Shown: in pieces, positions 47,298-55,442 of the stretch
Numbering within the stretch: position 1 is the stretch's first letter
Layout of the letters: every line of letters starts with the position of its first letter
Assembly (NCBI GenBank): GCA_002104905.1
Contig: MCFE01000586.1
Span: 1 to 55,609, forward strand
From: Basidiobolus meristosporus CBS 931.73
Taxonomy: Eukaryota; Fungi; Basidiobolomycota
Direction: 5' to 3'
DNA length: 55,609 nt
Program-made: the position numbers and the translations under genes
The notes under the pieces: generated by a model
The model's input: only the letters and a program-made list of their open reading frames with translations
What the model was told of the DNA's origin: nothing
Database searches by the model: none

Positions 47298-50066
47298 CTA
47301 CTGTTGTAGCTTTGATACAAGAGTGTGTAGCTGAGGGGAATTAGTAGGTAAGTTAATAAGAAGTGATGATAGTTCTTCAGTGCTCAAGACACTGTTCAGT
47401 GGGAAGGGGGGTAGCAAGAGAGGTAAGAATGACTTGTGAACAACATTAATGAGGGGAATGTGATAAGGATTGATATTCATCATAAAGGGAGTGTGCTGCT
47501 GCAGATATTGCTGCCAAAGGTCTGTCAAGTACTTCAGGTAGGCCAGCTTGGGTTTTTCTGACTGCAGAATAAATTCAGCAAACTTCTTGACTTCAGGATC
47601 TCCAAGTATAGTTCTCCAGCAGGAGCCAGGTGTTGTGTGGTGTGTTCTCTTCCAGGCCTTAATCAGTGGGTTGTTGCAGTTGTGAAGTCTGAGGTATAAT
47701 CTGGTTCTTAGGTAGAGAAGTCTGATCTTATATGGCATAAACCCAAAAGCACCAAGAATAGCATGTCTGTAGGGGCATTCAGGCAAATGAGGCACCAAGG
47801 AGGTAATGCACCATACTGCAAACTTGTCAAGCTTAGTGCAGTCTCTAGAAGTAAGAGAGAGAAGTGGTAAGCCAAATTCCAGGACAGGGAAGACAAACTG
47901 CTTGAGTAGAAGGAGGCAGCTGGGAGCTGAAGTTGTAGGAGGAGTAACAGCCAGTAGCTTGTGGAGTGCCTGTCTTGCTAGGATAATTCTCTTCTTCAGG
48001 TGTGCTCCAGAGTCTAGTCCAGTAGGAAGGAAAGGAAAGCCAAGATATGTAGCAGAAACCTGAGCAGGTAGAGTGGAGTTCTCCAAGTTGATGGGAGTGC
48101 CCAAAGGTACTGTCTTTGCAATGGAAAGCTGGAGATTATTCTTCTGCAGATACTGGTGGATGGTCTGGGAGTCTTGTTGCACATTGGAGGAGGATATTCT
48201 GATGTCATCAGCAAAGAGAGTAACCAGGCAGTCAGCTGAGAGTCTTGGGAAATCATTCAGGAAGATGGCAAACAGTATAGGACCAAGCACAGAGCCTTGA
48301 ACCACTCCATTAGGAACTGAGAACACTGGTGATTGCTCACTTGGGTGCAGAATTCTTGCTTGTGGATCCAGAAACAGAGACCTGACAAGGAGGGTGAGAG
48401 AGGTACTGGAGAAGCATTGCAACTTGGACCAAAGCAGATTTCTGTCAACTGAATCAAAGGCCTTAGTAATATCAAACAGAACAGAGGGATACTTGCACTG
48501 GAGAGAGTGATCTTGGCTAAGTATGACTGCATATTCCAAGGAGAGGCCAGGAACAAAGCCAAACTGTGCAGGATGAAACTTGAGGGAGTCAGAGTAGAGC
48601 TCCTGTGCAAGCAGAAGCTCAAACACCTTTCTGCAGGTGGGCAGCAGAGATATTGGTCTGTAGGAGCTAGGATCCAGGTGCTTTCCTTTACCCTTGTACA
48701 GTGGCAGAACATTTGCAAAGGACCATTCCTCAGGAGTAGAAAGCTGGGCTGAGCATTGCTGAAACAGTGGAAGCAGAAGTGCAGACATGGCCTTGGTACT
48801 AGTCTTCAGAAGCTCATAGGAGATTGTGTCCACACCTGGAGCAGTAGAGTTGGGAAGCCTCTTGAGCACATTATGGATTCTCCCTTGATCAAGTGCAAGT
48901 GGGATGGGCAGAGTCTTGAAGTCAGGATGAAAGCCAGGAGTTGAGTACTGCTTTGTAGAGAAGAAGATGTTAGCCAGCTGTTCTGTTGAAGGTAACTTTG
49001 TGGAAGAGGGCCTCATTGCCCTGTAGAGTCTTGATACTGTTCTTGTTATAGAGTTGGAAGATTGAAGAGGCAAGGAACTCATAATATGATCCCAGAGCTG
49101 AGTATGCAGAGTGTGGTGAATTGCCTTGGAGTGGTGTATTGCTGTCAGGAGGAGTTTCTCTGCTTTTGGGTTAGGGAAACTCAGGTAGCTTTGTTGCAGG
49201 GCTGAAACAATAGATTCCCATTTTCTTGAGGTAACAGCAGTAGTCTTGCATGGCAGTGAGAGGGAGGCAGACACCAGAATCAGATGCTTCACAAAGAGCC
49301 AGGCATAGTTGAGATCATCTGGCAGAGAAAGTAGCAAAGTGGCAAGCTTCAAGTAGTTCCCAAAGTCTTTCTTCTGATTCTTGGTAGCTTTGTGGGTGAG
49401 CACAGTAAGTTTTGGCAGCTTCTTCTTCACAACTGGTTGCATAGAAAGGGACCAGGCTGGGTGGTCAGAGGCTCTCAAGGATCCAAGCTCAGCTGCAGAG
49501 AATTGCTTAACTTCATTCACAAAGTAGAGGGCAGCAGCAGAAGGGCAGATCCAGTCAACACATCTTTTCTCAGATTGAGCACCTAGTGCTAGCAGATGGC
49601 TTTCTCTCAGGAAGTTCAGTAGGAATGTAGACCTTGGCTTCATTCTTGCAGTCAGAGTAGTCTTGTTCTCAGGATGGGGAATGTTGAGATCTCCAAGCAA
49701 GATAATAGGTGTTGATATAGATTGCTGGTATTGCTCAACTTTCTGGCATATAACTTGCACTTCCTGAAGGGCAAGACTTGGAGGCAGATAGCAGAGCACC
49801 AGACTGATAGTTGGCAACTGGAGAGCAGCACAGTAAGGGGAGTAAAGAGGAACACAGAGCTGAGGAGTATTGATGGTAGAAGAGATGAAGCAGATAGAGG
49901 AGGTATTCTTTGTTCTAGGAGTAGAAAAGCAATATAGATTAGTCAAAAGTATAGAGGGTAGCTGGACATCAATCAAACACAGGAGGGAAAATCTTGAAAG
50001 AAGTCTCTCTAGAGTTGGTCTTGATGGCTGTATGCTGTTGCAGTTAAGCAACAGAACTTCAGGTAG
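47298..50066 (-). CDS. LINE ORF2: apurinic-like endonuclease plus reverse transcriptase (no ATG ahead of the endonuclease)
   Basis: Endonuclease motifs LLNCNSI, LCLIDV, CYLPP, LLGDLN, VDWI, SDH. RT motifs APGVDTI, YRPISLLPTCRKVFE, QFGF, DITKAFDSV, GVVQGSVLGP, LFADD, TYLG. No obvious C-terminal CCHC or RNase H. Confidence 0.93.
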   Translation of the reverse strand, partial: LPEVLLLNCNSIQPSRPTLERLLSRFSLLCLIDVQLPSILLTNLYCFSTPRTKNTSSICFISSTINTPQLCVPLYSPYCAALQLPTISLVLCYLPPSLALQEVQVICQKVEQYQQSISTPIILLGDLNIPHPENKTTLTARMKPRSTFLLNFLRESHLLALGAQSEKRCVDWICPSAAALYFVNEVKQFSAAELGSLRASDHPAWSLSMQPVVKKKLPKLTVLTHKATKNQKKDFGNYLKLATLLLSLPDDLNYAWLFVKHLILVSASLSLPCKTTAVTSRKWESIVSALQQSYLSFPNPKAEKLLLTAIHHSKAIHHTLHTQLWDHIMSSLPLQSSNSITRTVSRLYRAMRPSSTKLPSTEQLANIFFSTKQYSTPGFHPDFKTLPIPLALDQGRIHNVLKRLPNSTAPGVDTISYELLKTSTKAMSALLLPLFQQCSAQLSTPEEWSFANVLPLYKGKGKHLDPSSYRPISLLPTCRKVFELLLAQELYSDSLKFHPAQFGFVPGLSLEYAVILSQDHSLQCKYPSVLFDITKAFDSVDRNLLWSKLQCFSSTSLTLLVRSLFLDPQARILHPSEQSPVFSVPNGVVQGSVLGPILFAIFLNDFPRLSADCLVTLFADDIRISSSNVQQDSQTIHQYLQKNNLQLSIAKTVPLGTPINLENSTLPAQVSATYLGFPFLPTGLDSGAHLKKRIILARQALHKLLAVTPPTTSAPSCLLLLKQFVFPVLEFGLPLLSLTSRDCTKLDKFAVWCITSLVPHLPECPYRHAILGAFGFMPYKIRLLYLRTRLYLRLHNCNNPLIKAWKRTHHTTPGSCWRTILGDPEVKKFAEFILQSEKPKLAYLKYLTDLWQQYLQQHTPFMMNINPYHIPLINVVHKSFLPLLLPPFPLNSVLSTEELSSLLINLPTNSPQLHTLVSKLQQ

Positions 50067-51575
50067 TCAGGCAGAGATTGTAGCTTCTTCAGAGGCAGCA
50101 TTGACAATGTGACCTGCAGAGTCCCAGAGCACTTCAAATGGTGCATCACTTAAGTCAGCAAGGAGGGAAATGGCACGGTTCTTGAGGAAGTATGCCACAT
50201 CATAGGAGGGGGCTTGTCTCTTGATGGCAGCAAAGAAAGACAGAATGGCAACATGGGCTGGAGGCTTGTTGAACAGTAGAGAGTCAGAGGATTCAGATTC
50301 TTCAGGCACTATCTTGGAGTCAGTTTTCAGCCAGTTAAGGTTCTTTGCCACAAAGGCAACAAATGGGTCAGCAATGTTTTGGTCTAGGATAACCTCCAGA
50401 ATCTTCCCTTTTCTCCAGGCCAGGTTGACAATTCTTGAGAGCTGAATATTGCATGCCTTGAGTGCTTTCCTGATGTTGGAAATGGGAGTCCAGGGAACTT
50501 GCTTCAAGTACACTACAGTCCAGGTAGAAGCTGGTGGTAGGTTTGCTGGGGGCTTGTAAGTCCTTCTGTGTGGCAATGGAGCTGCAGTAGTCAGATTGGA
50601 GTCCACATTCTCAGTAGAGGGTTTTCTTGATGTGTCTTGCTGAATGGTACTGGAGCTGGATGTGCTGATAATTCTTGCTAGAACCTTGCCTGCATAAGTC
50701 TGAGGTATAGCTGAGGTGACTGTAGAGGTGTTGGCAGCTGGTGCAGGTGGAGAGGCAGAAACTGAAGCAGGAACTGAGGTCACCTGGGAGAAGGCAGTAG
50801 CAGCAGGTTTTCTGGGAGGAACATAGTTCACTATCCAGTTGTTCTGTAAAACACTGGAGTAGCTTTTCTGTGGAACAGGATCTTGCTCTTGAACAGGAAC
50901 AGATGCAGGAGGCTGGGGCTGGGCAGTGGTGGTAAGGCAGTGGCACTCCAAGGAAGCTTTTTGCAAGGCATCTCTGGCAGTTTTCAGGGCAGTATTGGCT
51001 TCATTCTTGAGCTTCTTGCATTGGGCATCCAGTCTCTTGTTTTCAATAGCCAGGGCAGTATTGGCAGCCTCTAAATCAGCAATTCTCTTCTCAATTGCAA
51101 GGAATCTCTGAAGAAATGCATCAGTAGAAGTGCTGGCATCTGGGAGAGCAGTGGCAGGAATAGACTCCATTGACAGTGGGCTTCTTGGAGGCAAGGAAAG
51201 TGGACTGGCAGATTCAGGCACAAAAGGAGATATCCTGGCAGGAGGAGAAGGAGTATCCAAGGCAGTAACAAAGGCAATTCTTGTTGGTGAAGCAGCAGCA
51301 GGGGAGGCAAGCCTGTTCAGAAACTGGGCAGGAGAGAGTGCTTGAGGAGAGGGAGTCTGCAGCTTGCCAAGCATGTCTTCCATCAGAGTGATACCAATAT
51401 TCCTGGTGCATTTGCAGAGAAAAGTAAGCTTCCTGAGTCTGCCAGCTCTTCCATTCCTTCTGATAGTTCCTTTGTTTCCACTGTTGGGGCAAGAAATCTT
51501 CTTGACAGACTTGTCAAAGCAATCAAGTACCTTCCTTTCAGGTGTAGTGGGCTCCTGTTGAGGTTTTGGTGGCAT
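50067..51575 (-). CDS. LINE ORF1 (gag-like), 502 aa from ATG 51575
   Basis: N-terminal Cys cluster CPNSGNKGTIRRNG...FLCKC (Zn-ribbon-like), coiled coil (FLAIEKRIADLEAANTALAIENKRLDAQCKKLK), Pro/Ser/Ala linker, RRM-like C-terminus (WTVVYLKQVP...IVNLAWRKGKILEVIL). Confidence 0.8.
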   Translation of the reverse strand: MPPKPQQEPTTPERKVLDCFDKSVKKISCPNSGNKGTIRRNGRAGRLRKLTFLCKCTRNIGITLMEDMLGKLQTPSPQALSPAQFLNRLASPAAASPTRIAFVTALDTPSPPARISPFVPESASPLSLPPRSPLSMESIPATALPDASTSTDAFLQRFLAIEKRIADLEAANTALAIENKRLDAQCKKLKNEANTALKTARDALQKASLECHCLTTTAQPQPPASVPVQEQDPVPQKSYSSVLQNNWIVNYVPPRKPAATAFSQVTSVPASVSASPPAPAANTSTVTSAIPQTYAGKVLARIISTSSSSTIQQDTSRKPSTENVDSNLTTAAPLPHRRTYKPPANLPPASTWTVVYLKQVPWTPISNIRKALKACNIQLSRIVNLAWRKGKILEVILDQNIADPFVAFVAKNLNWLKTDSKIVPEESESSDSLLFNKPPAHVAILSFFAAIKRQAPSYDVAYFLKNRAISLLADLSDAPFEVLWDSAGHIVNAASEEATISA

Positions 51576-51784
51576 AACCAGAGCTTCAGCTTCAAATTTC
51601 AATTTTTGAGATTTTTGGGTGATTTTTGATGGGCGGGATCAAAATTAGGGTTAGGGTTGCGCGCTGTGACTGCTTTTTACGATCGCAAGGTCAGAACCTA
51701 GGAAAAAATAAAAATAGTTAGTAAAGGTGATTTAATGGATGGATGGATGGATTCGGAGTCAGATTCAATCAAAAAATCAAATTG

Positions 51785-52503
51785 TTAGGGGGAGACAGTC
51801 ACCAACCGGTGAAATCTTTATTTCAGTTGAAACAAAGAAGCCAGCGCTACTGTTGTAGCTTTGATACAAGAGTGTGTAGCTGAGGGGAATTTGTAGGTAA
51901 GTTAATAAGAAGTGATGATAGTTCTTCAGTGCTCAAGACACTGTTCAGTGGGAAGGGGGGTAGCAAGAGAGGTAGGAATGACTTGTGAACAACATTAATG
52001 AGGGGAATGTGATAAGGATTGATATTCATCATAAAGGGAGTGTGCTGCTGCAGATATTGCTGCCAAAGGTCTGTCAAGTACTTCAGGTAGGCCAGCTTGG
52101 GTTTTTCTGACTGCAGAATAAATTCAGCAAACTTCTTGACTTCAGGATCTCCAAGTATAGTTCTCCAGCAGGAGCCAGGTGTTGTGTGGTGTGTTCTCTT
52201 CCAGGCCTTAATCAGTGGATTGTTGTAGTTGTGAAGTCTGAGGTATTATCTGGTTCTAAGGTAGAGAAGTCTGATCTTATAGGGCATAAACCCAAAAGCA
52301 CCAAGAATAGCATGTCTGTAGGGGCATTCAGGCAAATGAGGCACCAAGGAGGTAATGCACCATACTGCAAACTTGTCAAGCTTAGTGCAGTCTCTAGAAG
52401 TAAGAGAGAGAAGTGGTAAGCCAAATTCCAGGACAGGGAAGACAAACTGCTTGAGTAGAAGGAGGCAGCTGGGAGCTGAAGTTGTAGGAGGAGTAACAGC
52501 CAG
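51785..52503 (-). mobile_element. 5'-truncated second copy of the LINE (719 bp, about 99% identical, one nonsense change)
   Basis: Colinear with 47235-47954. The 3' junction is again TTAGGG. Confidence 0.95.
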
Positions 52504-52546
52504 GGTGTAGGTGTTATAGTAAGGGCTAGGAAAAGGTTAGAAGAGC

Positions 52547-52614
52547 AGGGGGTCTGGGGGACGCAGTCCCCTAGAGAATAAAAAAGCAGGGGGTTTGGGG
52601 GATGCAATCCCCCA
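52547..52614 (+). repeat. Two tandem G-rich hairpin motifs (41-bp period)
   Basis: AGGGGGTCTG-GGGGAC-GCA-GTCCCC and AGGGGGTT-TGGGGGAT-GCA-ATCCCCCA. Confidence 0.75.
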
Positions 52615-53089
52615 TACTGCTCTTATACTCTTTAAATTCCTGTTGGATTACTTTTCTCTCATTCTTGGTTCTGGTCCCTTAGGGTTAGAATTCCTCCTCC
52701 TAACCCTTATCACCCTAACCATAAATATTTTTACCCTACAATTGGCACATTGTCTGCTCATATGGTTGGCATGTCTGGGCCAATATTTGTCTCCCTATAC
52801 TGTCCATACGCTCTGTATAAGTCTTGATGACTATTTAATTAATAAATTGTTATTTTTAATATATATCTAATAATTAATGGGATTCATCCCAATCTGACCA
52901 CAATCCCATATTTTGATAAGCTTCGGGCACCATAAATTGCGCGGCCCTAATATGATAAAAAAATTCATGGCCAATACAAATTTTCTGTAACCCGATTGCT
53001 TTTACCAAATATAAAGTGTATCCAAAAGTTCAATATATATTATGGCTATAATAGAAACTTTATTGGACACCATTGCAACTACTACTTAT

Positions 53090-53610
53090 GTTCTATGCGC
53101 ACATGTATCCCGCGGGAATTGTAAAACTTAGCCACGTGGTACAAAAGTGCTTTAATTTTTCATCATGATAGTTTTACATGAGTTCCTAACGCACTTTGAA
53201 AGTACGCAGTAGCCATACCCCAACAGGTTTTAAGGATGTCCACTAGCTACGTCTACTTGTGTCTAGCGGGAGCCATCAATCATCAGCCGCGCAATACTGA
53301 AATGCTTTTATTTTTCATCATGCTAGTTTTGTATGAATCCCTAACGCACTTTCATAGTGCGCGGTAACCATACCCCAACAGGTTTTAAGGATACCCACTT
53401 GCTACGTTTACTTGTGTCTAGCGGGAGTTATCAATCATCAGCCGCGCAGTAATAAAGTGCTTTTATTTTTCATCATGATAGTTTTACATGAGTCCCTAAC
53501 GCACTTTTATAGTGCGCGGTAACCATACCCCCAGAAAGTAGTGTGGATGCTTACTTTAAACGCTCACTTGTGTATTGTACGGAATATCAACAAACAGCCG
53601 CGTGGGAATG
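53090..53610. repeat. 155-bp diverged tandem repeat, about 3.3 copies
   Basis: CATCATG anchors at 53161, 53316 and 53471. CAGCCGCG-like anchors at 53281, 53436 and 53591. Confidence 0.9.
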
Positions 53611-53690
53611 GAACATCATAGAAAAGCATTGCTTTGTTGTTAGCAAGTATTGATGCGCAAATAGTGGTACTATGTGAATTATTGAGTAAC

Positions 53691-53961
53691 TTAGGGTTAG
53701 GGTTAGGGCTAGGGTTAGGGGGAGGAAAGTCACCAAGTGGTGAAATCTTTATTTACTTATGACAAGTATTTAAAGAAGCCAAGTTAATCTGAAGTAATTC
53801 CTAGAAAGCTAGGTCTGAGAGATATCTTCCTGGTAAGCCAGGTCTGAGAGTTGAGAAGCTGAGTGGTACTATATTTCCTAGTTAGCTAGGTCTGAGAGAG
53901 GTTTCCTGGAAAGCCAGGCCTGAGAAGTGAGAATCTGAATATATCTGAGCTAAGTTATCAT
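53691..53961 (-). mobile_element. Putative non-autonomous SINE-like partner: five telomeric repeats, LINE-type 3' module, four stem-loops
   Basis: (TTAGGG)3 CTAGGG TTAGGG GG AGGAAAG TCACC-AAGT-GGTGA AATC TTTATT...AAAGAAGCCA matches the LINE 3' end. Then a 77-bp dimer containing four 5-bp hairpins. Confidence 0.65.
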
Positions 53962-54606
53962 GGTTAGGGTTAGGGTTCTAGTGCTTTATTGGGAAATTTG
54001 CACAAGAAGTGCAATCTTGAAATATGACAAAGTCATATGAGTATAGCAACTATTATAAAATGAAAACTACTTTGCCAGTAAAAGGGGTGAAGGAAACTGT
54101 AAAAGCTATAAAGGAAAAGTTGGGGACACAAGAAATTTACAGTTCCATTCATTGCCCTACACTGCAAGTAAGCTCAAGGAACATAAGGGGAAGCTTTACC
54201 AGACTGAACTAAAGAATCTTGCTTCAGATCACAAAGGAAACAATGAGGACTGCAGAAGCTTTAAAGGAAACCAAGGTTCCCATAGTGATGGCTGACTGGG
54301 AAATCTACAGAAGCATTCACTGATCCAAAAGAAGGAGGCAAGAGGCTAGAGTAATGTCATCAAAAGAAAATGAACCATAAGCTGAAGTTCAGGCACATGC
54401 ATCAAGTCCAATCATGCCAAAGACAGCTGCAGAAGCTTGAAAGGAAACAGAAAGTCTCCATTGGGGTGACTCCAGGGGAAATCCACAGTCAGCCCTTTAC
54501 ATCACCAGAGGTGGGCAGTGTCTGAAAGAAAGGAAAGAAAGAGCAAGAGAAAAGGGAAGGAGGGAAGGAAAAAGGAAGGAGAGAAGAATGGGGTGGGTGG
54601 GTGGGA
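53962..54606. repeat. Subtelomeric unit B: telomeric seed, non-coding CpG-free body with an internal duplication about 180 bp apart, purine-rich end
   Basis: Begins GGTTAGGGTTAGGGTTCTAGTGCTTTATT. CTGCAGAAGCTT.AAAGGAAAC...GGGAAATC.ACAG occurs at about 54250 and about 54427. Confidence 0.65.
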
Positions 54607-55442
54607 AATCTTATAGGTGAAGGATCTTGTTAAAGATCACATCACTAGGTTAGGGGAGATTGTTAGGGAAGGAGCATCAGGTCAGAAGACCCAATCTTAT
54701 AGGTGAAGGATCTTGTTAAAGATCACATCACTAGGTTAGGGGAGATTGTTAGGGAAGGAGCATCAGGTCAGAAGACCCAATCTTATAGGTGAAGGATCTT
54801 GTTAAAGATCACATCACTAGGTTAGGGGAGATTGTTAGGGAAGGAGCATCAGGTCAGAAGACCCAATCTTATAGGTGAAGGATCTTGTTAAAGATCACAT
54901 CACTAGGTTAGGGGAGATTGTTAGGGAAGGAGCATCAGGTCAGAAGACCCAATCTTATAGGTGAAGGATCTTGTTAAAGATCACATCACTAGGTTAGGGG
55001 AGATTGTTAGGGAAGGAGCATCAGGTCAGAAGACCCAATCTTATAGGTGAAGGATCTTGTTAAAGATCACATCACTAGGTTAGGGGAGATTGTTAGGGAA
55101 GGAGCATCAGGTCAGAAGACCCAATCTTATAGGTGAAGGATCTTGTTAAAGATCACATCACTAGGTTAGGGGAGATTGTTAGGGAAGGAGCATCAGGTCA
55201 GAAGACCCAATCTTATAGGTGAAGGATCTTGTTAAAGATCACATCACTAGGTTAGGGGAGATTGTTAGGGAAGGAGCATCAGGTCAGAAGACCCAATCTT
55301 ATAGGTGAAGGATCTTGTTAAAGATCACATCACTAGGTTAGGGGAGATTGTTAGGGAAGGAGCATCAGGTCAGAAGACCCAGTCTTATAGGTGAAGGATC
55401 TTGTTAAAGATCACATCACTAGGTTAGGGGAGATTGTTAGGG
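54607..55442 (+). repeat. 86-bp telomere-adjacent tandem array: 9 full units plus one 62-bp partial unit
   Basis: Unit AATCTTATAGGTGAAGGATCTTGTTAAAGATCACATCACTAGGTTAGGGGAGATTGTTAGGGAAGGAGCATCAGGTCAGAAGACCC starts at 54607, 54693, 54779 ... 55381. Only the last unit differs (AGTC). Confidence 0.98.

Larger units (their letters stand above)
47241..51644 (-). mobile_element. Apparently full-length non-LTR (LINE) retrotransposon, APE+RT, flanked by TTAGGGTTAGGG on both sides
   Basis: Two long open in-frame ORFs and a 57-bp 3' UTR with no poly(A). TTAGGGTTAGGG at 47229-47240 and 51645-51656. The true 5' end could extend to 51784. Confidence 0.9.

Noticed and set aside
49168-49176. GGGTTAGGG inside ORF2 as a module junction
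   Set aside because: It encodes Pro-Asn-Pro within an unbroken frame.
47806-51629. Plus-strand and alternative-frame ORFs over the LINE
   Set aside because: They are shadows of the long coding frames with no independent features.
52595-52870. Hydrophobic 91-aa ORF as a membrane protein
   Set aside because: It results from T/C-rich low-complexity subtelomeric DNA.
54607-55442. Regular repeat array as a CRISPR
   Set aside because: Units are contiguous and identical with no unique spacers, there are no cas genes, and the context is eukaryotic.
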